A stretch of 64,000 nt of DNA, from assembly GCF_902652985.1 (NCBI RefSeq), contig NC_047018.1, forward strand, positions 42,904,001 through 42,968,000. Reading direction: 5' to 3'. Under the pieces are notes generated by a model. It was not told where the DNA came from. It searched no databases and worked only from the letters and a program-made list of their open reading frames with translations. The position numbers were made by a program, and so were the translations under genes. The DNA comes from Pecten maximus. Lineage: Eukaryota. Shown here in pieces: positions 1 through 12,393 of the stretch. Numbering within the stretch: position 1 is the stretch's first letter; every line of letters begins with the position of its first letter.

Positions 1-2284
1 ATTGATTAACAAATGATATTCCATTGATTTGGAAACTGGATGTACTGCTTAAAACAGTTATTTAAATTATAAAGTTTGCGATTTAGATCTAACATGTAAT
101 TACATGTATTTGTAATTTAATCAATTTCTATAAAAGATAGTTCGAGGTGAAAATATATGAATGTACTTGTAATTTAAACAAGTTCTATAAGACATATCTC
201 ATCTTTACGGTAGAAACTGTTCTATCAAATGCGATTGACATGATCGGAGAAAATTAATATTTATAACAATAGCCTGACACTAATTAATTGATTGTTTTAT
301 GAATTAGCTTTAGCAAGGTAGACAGCTGTTCAGTTTTACATTTATTACAATTGATTGTAGAAATTTTATTATGTTACGCAGATACATTTGTTACAGGTGT
401 GGGTATAGAAAATTATAATGCCACTTTGCTGTTCATGATATACTTTATTTTCCGTTAATGAAACTCCCACATATCATGCGGAGGTTTCCGGAACACAGTT
501 TTTATTACAAGCAGATTCATAAGTGATCACACGCTGTAATCAATGAATAATCTGGTCTAATATATATACAAATAAAAAGGACATATACAAAATATATTGT
601 ATTATGATATTTACCAATTTCTATTAAACATACATGAAGCAGATAACTTCTGACAAAGCACAAGACATGCTATCTACACATATTCAAAATACTTATTAAA
701 ACACAATATTACATGTTGTTTTATAATACAACATTAAAATATACCTAGGTAACAAAATAATATCAAATGAAAGTAAAAATTCACCAGAACTTCAATAGTA
801 TTTAAGCTCTGACTTCTAATAGATGTGATCGGCTAGAGCACCAGAAGTGAAGTGATTTGAAATACTAAGAGGATTAAAAACATGCAATACAGATAAAAAC
901 TGTCCAATGAGATTGTCCATGTTAGGTCACATGTCATACATCACATGTCATACATACTCACATTCCTTTCATACCTATAACACATACGTCATTAAGGTTT
1001 CTCATACCGAACAAATACCAACAATACATTAAAGATGCGCACACCATGAAATACAACATATAACATATAATGATTTTATACAAAATATAACCCTGTCACA
1101 CATTCATTATGATTTAAGGTGTATCAATGGAGACCGCTGTTATCACAAATACTGACGGTTCATCATCATTTTCACGTATATCGTGTACGATTTCATGCAT
1201 CAGAATTATCTGTGAACGGTTCAAGTATGATTGCAAAGTTTTTTACGAGCTAAACTCAATTTAAAACAGTTTGGACCGATAGTAATTAAAGATCCAGTTG
1301 TCTAAATATTCAAAACAGTATTTGAATCGTTGACTGTCTAACTCTTTCGTGCTTTCTTGGTCCCTAGGACGACAGACGGAAACAATATTTTAAATTTAAT
1401 ATGAAATCAAGTACATGCATAACTACATGTAGTATCACAGGTCAGTGATAAAACGTAAATAAGAGCGTAAATTTCCATACAGTCCTTACGTTGTCATGTA
1501 TAGTACATGCGATGCGTAACTTAGACAAATTCATGAAATATGTGTCTAATCAAGGATGCAACTCGTCAAGCTCCAAATATATTTATAAGACAAAGACCAT
1601 TTTACAGGATATAGTGGACGCATGCATTACTACCTTTACATCCACATCATTATAGATATATAATAACCATAGTATTATACTATATATAAGATACTGTATA
1701 ATCGTCCTTCAAATCTAGATCTTTCCAAAAATTATCATCCCCCCCCCCCCCCCCCCCCCTCAAAATTATGTACTATGGCGGCAATGATATCCAGACGGAG
1801 AACGCAAACATTAAATAAATTTACTTAAACTAATGTAGTTATGCGTCGTATATGAAACGAATAGGGCAACCAGACTCACTGTTAACACATGTATAACTGT
1901 TATACTAATCCCAAACCCTCATTTACACCGACTGACATGGTCTCACTGAACAGGTGATAACTCAAGTGTTGGACCGTTGTCTCCCGGTATGTACATTGCG
2001 TTTTTCGTAACTGATCAGCATTATCTACAATTTATTGTAAACTAATGTTTTTGTTTGTTTGTTTTTTTATCCGCTTGGCTCTTACATATTCTTTCAACAT
2101 GATGTAAGTATTTCTTCTGGGTTTTTTTAACGACTGAAAACACGCATATTCCTACATGTATGTTATATAGAAGGGAGAATGCAAATTGTCGATATTCCAG
2201 ACGATAATTTAAGTTTAAGGAAGAGTTTAAAAATCAACACGACAATGTTTACACTGAATTCAAAACATATGTATACGACATAGA

Positions 2285-2726
2285 TAAGGTTATGATAACG
2301 TGCTTTCAGTTGAAACATTATCACTCAATACAGTAGGCCAACATTGGTAAAGCTAACTATGACGAACTTTTACCAATCTTTTAGGTTTACATAGGTTTTT
2401 GATTTAATGTAAACACCATCGTCGCTTACTTAATTTTTCCTTTAACCTTTGATTATAAACGATATGTTTCAATTCATTTTATGAAATTCATGTTTACATG
2501 TTAGTTATAAGGAAAGAAAACATCAAAATAAATGAAAAAGTTTCAATAGTTAGTAACACGTTTTGCATTGAAACAATTCTTTTGTAAGATAAGATTAAGG
2601 AAAAGTAAACGACATTATACATCGCTAAACGATCGACAAAAGTTCGCCATAGCTAGCCTTACCAATGTTGACCTACTTTATTGACTTTAATGGTTTCAGC
2701 TGGCACCCCGTTATTTTAACCTTTTA
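2285..2726. mobile_element. Degenerate MITE-like element with ~90-bp inverted repeats
   Basis: 2327-2370 aatacagtaggccaacattggtaaagctaactatgacgaacttt is the near reverse complement of 2638-2682; the similarity extends outwards; a third partial arm lies at ~3278-3340. Confidence 0.55.
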
Positions 2727-4239
2727 TGTAGGATTATGATCAGGAAGGGCAATACGATAACTGTAGACAGATCTATTTATCTAATTATCGTCTTCTATTT
2801 GATTGGTGGTATTTATGATATTCAGTACGTCAGAAATTCCACTGGATTATCCTAACATTATACTTAAAATGATATCTGCATATCAGAAAATGTCTTATCA
2901 TTTTATTTTACTACGGTAATAAAAAAGATATGCCACGTATTTTTCTGATGCTGTTCAAGTTTTTAGTAACCCTACAAATTACCATGTGCTATATCAAATC
3001 CTCGGGAAATATCGAATCTCCTTCACTATTTTGCTGCTGTATATATTTCTGTCATGGGAACACTGATTACCTTTTTCTTTGCAGAACAGCAGACCAATAT
3101 TGCATAATTTTGTGTTATGTTACTGATTTATTTATGACATATTTTTTACGTAATTTCAACAAAATTAGAATTAATGTTATGAAACCAATAATATACACTA
3201 CATACCCGCATGTCGGATTGTGATTTTGCAACATGAATGTCTTATAACGTTTCGATTAATAAAAGAAAGATCGATATAAATTCGCAATAGCTAGATTAAT
3301 CAATGTTGACCTACTTTATTGAGTAATAAGGTTTCACCAGTAATAGCCCTGCCATATCTATCTGATGTTGATCAAGTTACCATCTGACCCGAAAAATACC
3401 AAGCGTTATAGGGAACAACCAACAAATATATAGACTTTTGAAACATCCACTGTGTGTAGAATGTTGAGCCAGGGATAAAATGCTGTCGTTTTGAAATCAA
3501 TTTCGATTATACGCAAATCTTCACAGTAAACGTGGGAAAGTTCGCGGTATAATGGCATGTCATGGTTTATTATGTTTAAAAGTTCTTACTTAGAATCACA
3601 TGCATGATTTAGCAGAACTCGTGAAAATATCAACATAGTAGCCTCCCGAGTGAAATATATTCGGTATTACTGAAGATACTGTTATAGATATACTGTTTAT
3701 TACATTTTTATTTCAAAATATACCAAGTCAGCTTTTCATTTTCCAATTGTCGTTTTTAAGTAGTGTTTTGATCGGTCAGATCAGAAAAAATATACTGGTG
3801 TAAAATATCACTTATATAGAATGAATACTTTTCTTCGATATTTATCAAGTAAAAATGTAATAAAACTCTTTTTTCTTACATTTCTAACTTATGGCAATAT
3901 GTTTAATTTGTATTATGAAATTTGCCATTGCCGGCAAAGAAGAACAAGCACGGAATTGTTCATAGTCATCTCTTTTTGAATACAGATCGATTAATGAATT
4001 CGATTTATTGGCACATGTTCCAAAGATTAATTAACGGCTGCAAACCTCCGTAGAAAAGGGATACAAGCACATCCAATTATTTTCGTTGGTACATTCCTTG
4101 ATAAATTACAGAAAACATACAAGTAAGTGGTATCAATGATTTTTGTCTACGAAACATGCTGCTCATTGTGCGCAAGTTATTTTGACTTGCATTAGATTAT
4201 GACTCAGTCTGCCAAAATATATAGAAAATATCTAACAAC

Positions 4240-4520
4240 GTCTTTATTAATACCAAATATATTTCACGAGTGTGGCTAATATTTTAATATTTCCACGAGT
4301 GCGTAGCACGAGTGAAAAATATCGAAATATTAGCCACAGGAATTTATTACATTTTTTAACAAAATATACCGAGGCATCTCAGTCTCTCCTAGAATTCATT
4401 GCAGCTCCCTGTCAACGGCTCACAAATGTACGCCACATCGTGACGTTATATATGATATCTTGCATTATGACGTCATATAACACGACGGAGAGCTATATGT
4501 AAATCATGGTTGTTTGTAAG
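4240..4520. repeat. Palindromic non-autonomous repeat fragment (related pieces ~3600-3870 and ~7370-7560)
   Basis: gtggctaatattt...aaatattagccac arms around cacgagtgcgtagcacgagtg; family not assignable by eye. Confidence 0.35.
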
Positions 4521-5475
4521 CAGTATTCTGATTGGTCAAAAAAAGAAAATGTAATTATTAATTATGACAGTACATACTGTGTTTATGACATTTAGGAATA
4601 TAATAGTGCATGTTTAAATTAAAGTTTGGAGTGCTACATTTTTGTTATTTATCTTGACAGGATATTCTTATGATGTACATTTCCGGGAGAATTACACATT
4701 GTGGAAATATTGTAGTTTATGCTTTACATTAAAATGATCGTCAATTTGATTTGCACTATCTCATGCTATTACACTATCAACACTTTGATTACATATTACT
4801 TCTGAATGATTTGACTTGACCTGATGGAACTCGGGAGGGTTGGGGGAACACACCTGGCTTGAACAAAGGACAATAGATAAACCAGGTGTAAATAACCACA
4901 ATCAGCAGCTGAGTCATAGTTTCTTAACCTAATAAAATGGTACACATTCTAGAGAAGGCTAGAGCCAAATTCCTTAACAGAATCAAATGTAGATATGTTT
5001 ACCACTAGTACTACTACACTTTTTAGGAAGAGCTAGAGCCAAATTAATTAATCATCAACCTTGACCTCAAAGAATGAAGTCACTAGAGCAATAGGAACTA
5101 AAAGATTTCAAAAATTAGTAAAGGACCTTGACATTGACCCAATAACCCTGGAACTGGAACCCTTCCGTACACATCTCCTTTAAACTGTACAGTTGATGAA
5201 AGCACCTGATAGCCCCAAGACCCTATCTCTAACCAGAAAACACATGGTCAAATGACCTTGACATATGGCCCGGGTGATGGAACTCCTAAAAGGGGAGTGG
5301 AACTCTCACGTACGCTCCTCCTATTAAACGTATGGTTTATTACAAAGACAGTGTCTGTACGTTATAACTACGGTATGAGAAACAAGGCATCGTAAGCGAC
5401 ATAAGTCCGCTCTAGTAAACCATCTGAGGTATCCTTGAATTAATAAGCCCTGATACCTGGCCATTATATGAAAAA

Positions 5476-5694
5476 GGGGCCGCGGTGGCCGAGTGGTTAA
5501 GGTGTACCGACACTTTATCACTAGCCCTCCACCACTGGGTTGCGAGTTCGAAACCTACGTTGGGCAGTTGCCAGGTACTGACCGTAGGCCGGTGGTTTTT
5601 CTCCGGGTACTCCGGCTTTCCTCCACCTCCAAAACCTGCCACGTCCTTGAATGACCCTGGCTGTTAATAGGACGTTAATAAAAAACAAACCAAT
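5476..5694 (+). mobile_element. tRNA-derived SINE (V/Meta-type core), full length
   Basis: A box TGGCCGAGTGG, B box GAGTTCGAAAC, core ggtttttctccgggtactccggctttcctccacc, A-rich tail; 11-bp TSD ATTATATGAAA at 5463-5473 and 5695-5705. Confidence 0.85.
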
Positions 5695-6900
5695 ATTATA
5701 TGAAATATGATCAGAATCCGAATTAAATCACTAGAGATGTGGCACAGATATTCTATTAGTAGTTATAGCGATTCTGTTCTTATCCATAACAGCCTGAAAC
5801 ACGAAACATACCCATACTAGACCAATGGATGAAGTTAGATAGAAATTGGTTAAAAATTAAATCGCTAGAGTAGCGAAAATATTTCCCCTAATAGCAACGA
5901 CGACCTTGTCCTTGACTTTTCCAGGCCGAAACACGAACTCGTCAAAAGTATTCTCACACTTGACCTATCTATGAAGCTTGCTTAAAGAGCGCTGACAAAA
6001 GGTGAACATACCAACGGAACGCTTCATACATGATACCCTGATACCTTGATACTCATAACAAAGGACCAACTGACGTGTTCACACAGCAGACTACCAAACA
6101 TGCAGGCACTATAACATACGTATATATACACGTAGGTATGATATATTTTTAACAAAAGACGAGCTCACAAGTTCGCATATCTATGTACATGTATGATTTC
6201 AAACATTAAAATGCATAGTATTAGCGTCGAACCGACAACATGGCATCGGCAAGTTTTGGAAACGACATTATACTTTAAATATAAAATGAACTAACATTTT
6301 AAAAAATAAATCTATAAAATCAAACTATTTCAAACCAGACATATTTTGGTAAGGTAAGTTTAATAATTGATCCTACCACGTATCATTAAATAAGAAATGA
6401 TAATAAAGATAGGCGAGGGTTCTGATTATGGCACATATTGATATCAAACTATCAAAATGTGCTCGAATCACAAACAAATATGGCCGAATCTACTGTTGTA
6501 TATGGTCCTTCAGATGAAGACAGGTTCACGTGCTGATCAGGTAGGCTTACCTACATAAACCAACATTTATCAGAGAAAGAGTAAAGGACAGAAATACACA
6601 TGTATATCTCTACATTAAAATATCACTAAAAACGAGGGGTTTGTACGTTCATTGTATAGCTACAACAAAACTTCAACTGTAATCACGCTGTATATAACTT
6701 AAATACTTCTTTCAACTTTAAAATTCTGCTTGCTTTTGGTCACCTATCTATTACAACCAATAAATTATGCATGCACACCGAACATTTAAATTACTCAATA
6801 AACAGTCGTATGTATATCTTCCTGTTTGTGTGAATGCAGACAATACGCTGAAAACAACATTGTATTATAATCAGTCCTATTGTTCTCAATCTAAAAACGG

Positions 6901-7227
6901 ATCTTTGCACACATAATCTACCCTTGTAAAGCCAGGTTCGTCCCTGGATAAGATGACGTCAGAGCAGTATATATCCTATGTTCAGTTTGGCTCGTATTCC
7001 GCCGCCATTTTATAATTGTTTGACGCACGATGTCAATTGTAATACATGTATATTAGTGGTAGGTTTAATTAATGAGCATGTCTTCGACAACGAAATACTA
7101 ATGGAATACTGGGATTGAAGTGTAATTGTAGACAAAACTCAAAACAGCACAGGATTAAATGTAGACATTCACAGTGATATGTACCTTACTATACCCAGGC
7201 TAACGAGTCATTGATACCACCATTCAG
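6901..7227 (+). pseudogene. Decayed duplicated exon-like unit, copy a
   Basis: Homologous to 8461-8777, 11411-11559, 62681-63031 and 63164-63562; ends in CAG|GTAAGT; frame FDNEILMEYWD*SVIVDKTQNSTGLNVDIH...IPRLTSH*YHHS contains stops. Confidence 0.5.
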
Positions 7228-7619
7228 GTAAGTTTATCAATTTTTATAGTCTAAGGATGCATTTAGAAAGTTTCTTTATACATCGAATAGTCTTTTAAGG
7301 TACTACATGTAGCAAACATTTCCCATTGACAGAATTACTTAATCATCATCGAACAGAACGTGTGTTTTAGCTCTAATAATATCATTCATTGCATTTTTGT
7401 CAGCGGAATATAGAAATTTATCAAACTGTGGCGATGAGCAGTGAAAATATAAGTTTTGAACTAAAAATACAAGTTTTTCATTTTTGTCCAATCAGAACGA
7501 ACCTTTGTATTCACCTCACTGCAACTTACCGATTTTTCTAATAAAAGCGAATAGATAAATAGGTTATTTTGCTATGTTTCTGAAATATTCATACTAGTTT
7601 TTGACAAAATACTCACCTG

Positions 7620-8250
7620 ACGTTAGCTTTTCATGCACAGATTCTCCGATAACGATGATTGACCGTGAGGTCAAGATTGGGTTATTTACTATACTGTCCG
7701 ATTAGCGTTTCCGGGAGCAGAAATATGCATTCGAACATGATGAGAATTCTGACAAATCACAACATTTGGTAACATGATTTGGAAGCTCGAGTCACCAGGG
7801 ATTACTAGTGATAGTCAACAACAAAAGAACTTAATAAACGATGACGGAGCGACGGAAGTTACTTTCCATGTCGGGAAATACGTTTCGAAACTTCCGTTCA
7901 GAAAATATGTTGGACACCGACAAAATGGTGAAGAGACTCGGAATACGGTGAGATGTGCAATGTGACATATTGATACACCCGAGAATGATTTCGAATTCAC
8001 AAGCAACAACGTCACCAAACGTAATGTGCTACGGGAAACGTCTAAGGTTTTTGAACCCCTCGGTTTATTAAGTCTCGTTACTGTGGAAGCAAATATACTT
8101 GCAAACCCTATGGAAAGAAAAACTAGAAAGAGTTTCTCACTTCCCAGGTTTCGAGACACATGGGCGGATCATCATCGCCATCCGAATCATCTACAATGCA
8201 TGTGTTTACTGATGCTAGTCAACAAGCGCATGGAGCATATGCTTAAGTAG
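7620..8250 (+). mobile_element. BEL/Pao LTR retrotransposon pol relic (internally deleted)
   Basis: Fragments WKLESPGI, TKRNVLRETSKVFEPLGLL and HVFTDASQQAHGAYA resemble Pao-type RT-adjacent and RNase H motifs; frames broken. Confidence 0.7.
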
Positions 8251-8460
8251 ACAACAATGATCGTATTGCACTTAGAATAAAAAGAAAAGACTTGCTAGGT
8301 ACGTCTCCAAATCTCCAACTGTGAGCCTTGGACACCTATTGCAACCAGTAAATTTTGCATGCACTGTTGCACACCGAGCATTTAAATCACTAAATAACCA
8401 GCGGTTTGTATGTCTGCCTGTCGATACAGACAATACTCTCTGTATTAATATCGATGACAG

Positions 8461-8777
8461 AACACATAATCTACCCATGTGACCAGCCAGGTACGTTCTT
8501 GAATAAGATTACTTCACAGTCTATATCCCATGGGCATTTAGATTCGTCTACCGCCGCCATGTTAGATTTTTATTACCTACACGATGGCAACGGAAATAAG
8601 TCCTCGATTTAATTAGCAAATAGGTACAGATTCGTAAAACGAAATTTACAAGTAAGATACGGGGATTACAGAGTTATTATGGACACATCTCAATACAACA
8701 GGTTTTAATGTAGACATTTACTTTGGTGGTAACAGGAATTGATATACCCAGGCTAGCGAGTCATTCATACCACAAAG
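8461..8777 (+). pseudogene. Decayed duplicated exon-like unit, copy b
   Basis: HIIYPCDQPGTFLNKITS...LDSSTAAMLDFYYLHDG...GIDIPRLASHSYHK then G|GTAGGT donor. Confidence 0.5.
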
Positions 8778-9069
8778 GTAGGTATCTAAATTCTTCAATT
8801 TTCAGGATGTAAATTGAAAGTTACAATACATGTATCTATCGAATAGTGTTGTAACTTACTTTAATCTTGCTCTTGAGTTTTCGTGTGTTTACCGCAAACA
8901 AGTCTATTTAACCTCTGTGAAACAATAGTTTTAATAGTATCTTATAGTTTAATACATATTAGAAAGTCACATGTGACCGTTGTCAGAATTGGCCAAAAAT
9001 GATTTTAGCGGGTAAAATTTATACTCGTGCTACTTTTGACAGCAGTGTTGTCGCTCAATAACCCAAGTC

Positions 9070-9350
9070 TAATGTTGTAAATCGTATGTTGAATGTTGTA
9101 TATCCTATGTTGAATATTGTAAATTGTAAATCGTATTTTGAATATTGTATATCGTATGTTGAATATTGTATATTGTATGTTGAATATTGTATATTGTATG
9201 TTGAATATTGTATATCGTATGTTGAGCGTTGTTAATCGTATGTTGAGTGTTGTAAATCGTATGTTGAATATTGTGTATTGTATGTTGAATATTGTATATT
9301 GTATGTTGAATATTGTATATTGTATGTTGATTATTGTATATTGTATGTTG
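9070..9350. repeat. Minisatellite, ~21-bp unit built from 7-mers (tgtatgttgaatattgtatat)
   Basis: About 13 visible tandem units; explains the repetitive ORFs at 9005-9437. Confidence 0.9.
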
Positions 9351-10334
9351 AAAGAGGAGCCGACTTCACAGCTAGTGTTCACTCACCTACTCCATAAGCA
9401 GGCGATATTGAATATCGATCGTATACGAAGTAATTGAGTAATAAACGTTTGATGGACTCCTTGGGATTTTTGCCTTCCCTAACAACAGCTGATATGAAAT
9501 CTTGCATAGCTTGTAAGGAATTTGAATTCCTTTCTTTGTCTCTGGCATTTTAGGTCGAACAATACTGATATGTGTTGATAACAGATTTAATACTGATGGA
9601 AAGAAATAGTTTTTTTATCATCGTATTATTTGCTTTTAAATATCAGTTGTATGCTTCAGAGGCATTTAAATTGACTTACGTAAAACATATACAAATCCTA
9701 TATTCAAACGAGTTTTACCTGTGTTCATTTTAAAATTCTGGCTCAAAAGTTTATCGCTGGAAAAGTTACTGTATTTTCTTTAAAACGAGGGATAGTTGGA
9801 AAGAAAAGGACTTTCTTGGCAAAATCGAATTTAAAAAAGAAACATATTATTTATCGAACATGGATATTTATTTAACTGAACGTAGAATTGCGTCGATTGA
9901 TGTTAGTATCAATTATCTTTCTCTTAAAGTTTTATATTAATGATATTGAAATACAGTCGGATTGACTTTAATTTTAAATCTAAATATTGCCCTTTAATGC
10001 TGATTTGGTGAAGAGTAGCCCCCCTCCCCCCTTTTACTTGACATCGAATTTTGTTTTACATTTGGAGAAATTCGTCATGCGATATATGTTTTATACTAAC
10101 GAGTAAATAAGAACATTCTGAAGCAAAATGAAATTAAATCACATCTAACTTCATTGACATTATATAACACAGTAAAATAGTGTCCTCTTTCTTCTGATCT
10201 TGAATTCGAAACACTAAAAAGAATTGTGCGTATGTCACTTCCAATTATGAATTAGTAGATACATATTGAACCATTAAACCTAGCTTACTGATAGTCAAAG
10301 TTTTGCTTAGTGAACCTTTGATTTATCTTGTTTA

Positions 10335-10545
10335 ATAATTGACAAACTTATACTTGTTTGATTATTGACAAACTCATCCTTGTTGAATTATTGACCAAAC
10401 TCATACTTGTTGAATTATTGACAGACTCATTTTTGTTGAATTACTGACAAACTCATACTTGTTGAATTATTGACCAAACTCATACTTGTTGAATCATTGA
10501 CAAACTCATACTTGTTTAATCATTGACAAACTCATACTTGTTTAA
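10335..10545. repeat. Minisatellite, ~26-27-bp unit (attgacaaactcatacttgttgaatt)
   Basis: About 8 tandem copies visible. Confidence 0.9.
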
Positions 10546-11410
10546 ATTTGTAAACATGGTTGTTTGGAGAACATTCATAAGTAATAGAGTACAGGACTGA
10601 CAGACACCTCTCCATATTATAAATATCAAATAAAAAACGAGGGGGTGGTCAACTTATTTTATAGCTAGAGCAAAACTTCAACTTTGATCACGCAGTATAA
10701 AAGAAATTATCTCACCTATCCATTTATGCTTGATTTTGAACACCTATCAAAACAAGTCATTTATCTTCTTACTAAGAACAATCTCAATTGATAATCTTAT
10801 TTGATTTGGGCTTAACCAGAATTAGACAATTGTATGTTTTATTTTAAATTCTTAAATGGTACCAATTTATATGCGGTAGGGAGATGCATGTTTGGTCAAC
10901 ACATGAGTAGAAGACTACTGGTATTTACCAAATGGACATTATAGCCTGAAACTCTGTTGTTGATCAGCCACTTGTCTCTCTCTTGCGTAGTAAACGAGTT
11001 ATAATACATACTTAACAATGATTTGTAAATTATTATCAAGAAAAAAATACATAAGATTATCATTATATATTATCAACAAATACTCTTTCTATATATATAC
11101 TGTAATTTCCATTCTTGACTAATAACCAGATACTAATTATTTGAAATAAATGTAATATGTTATGGTGAGAACTTTAATATAGGCTCAGCCTGATGTTCAA
11201 TCCATTTGATTCCCAATAAAATATGTTAAAATGAAATGACAAATCATTTTTGCATGCACTGTTGCACAACGAACCTTTAGATCACTCAATAACCAGCCGT
11301 ATGTATGTCTGACTAACAATTATCTGGTGTTTGTAATGATATAGAATTGTATTTTAAACAGCTTTGGTAAAAAGTTTATAAATAGTTCAATTGTTCTTTT
11401 TATCTAACAG

Positions 11411-11559
11411 ATCTTTGTACACACTACACCCGTGTAATAAGGCTGGTTAGTTTTTGAATAAGATGACGTCACGGTTGTCTATAGAGCCTTGACAGCTAGA
11501 CTCGTCTACTGCCGCCATGTTAGATTGTAATGACATACACGATGGCATTGGAAACATAT
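11411..11559 (+). pseudogene. Decayed duplicated exon-like unit, copy c (cut by gap)
   Basis: Acceptor-like ctaacag|atc, then ...FLNKMTS...QLDSSTAAMLDCNDIHDGIGNI, homologous to copies a and b. Confidence 0.5.
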
Positions 11560-12059
11560 NNNNNNNNNNNNNNNNNNNNNNNNNNNNNNNNNNNNNNNNN
11601 NNNNNNNNNNNNNNNNNNNNNNNNNNNNNNNNNNNNNNNNNNNNNNNNNNNNNNNNNNNNNNNNNNNNNNNNNNNNNNNNNNNNNNNNNNNNNNNNNNNN
11701 NNNNNNNNNNNNNNNNNNNNNNNNNNNNNNNNNNNNNNNNNNNNNNNNNNNNNNNNNNNNNNNNNNNNNNNNNNNNNNNNNNNNNNNNNNNNNNNNNNNN
11801 NNNNNNNNNNNNNNNNNNNNNNNNNNNNNNNNNNNNNNNNNNNNNNNNNNNNNNNNNNNNNNNNNNNNNNNNNNNNNNNNNNNNNNNNNNNNNNNNNNNN
11901 NNNNNNNNNNNNNNNNNNNNNNNNNNNNNNNNNNNNNNNNNNNNNNNNNNNNNNNNNNNNNNNNNNNNNNNNNNNNNNNNNNNNNNNNNNNNNNNNNNNN
12001 NNNNNNNNNNNNNNNNNNNNNNNNNNNNNNNNNNNNNNNNNNNNNNNNNNNNNNNNNNN
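11560..12059. other. Assembly gap (500 N)
   Basis: Run of N. Confidence 1.
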
Positions 12060-12106
12060 AGAAATTAAATACGTGTAAAATAAATATAAGGTATTACAGG
12101 CAACAG

Positions 12107-12393
12107 CTACATATCTTGACGAAGTTTGCATTCAACAATTAAGTTTTGGACACCCTCCCAAATAGCTTCGTTTGATTTTGTTTCAAAAAAAGTATCACAA
12201 ACAATATAAAAGATCGCCACGCGTGTTACTTGTTGATCACAATAAACATTTATTTCTTTGTACTTTATACACGGGACATTAGAAATAAGATGTCTTGCGT
12301 CCTCCATACTAGATCCAAATTGACGGGACGGGATGTTGATGAGATTGACACGGAAAAAAACACCATTAAGATTACATACATTATAACAAGGTC
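12107..12393 (-). pseudogene. 3' part of a putative host exon split by the LINE
   Basis: Frame PCYNVCNLNGVFFRVNLINIPSRQFGSSMEDARH...KLRQDM* is open for ~95 codons and joins in frame to 18376-18447 when the LINE is removed at AAGGTC. Confidence 0.4.

Noticed and set aside
2930-3223. 97-aa ORF
   Set aside because: No recognisable motif or splice context; lies among repeat fragments.
5476-5560. tRNA gene
   Set aside because: A and B boxes are the head of a SINE with body, tail and TSD; same for 40999 and 61023.
9005-9437. Repetitive ORFs on both strands
   Set aside because: Produced by a stop-free 21-bp minisatellite.
11517-12131. Three long ORFs
   Set aside because: Artefacts of translating through the N gap.
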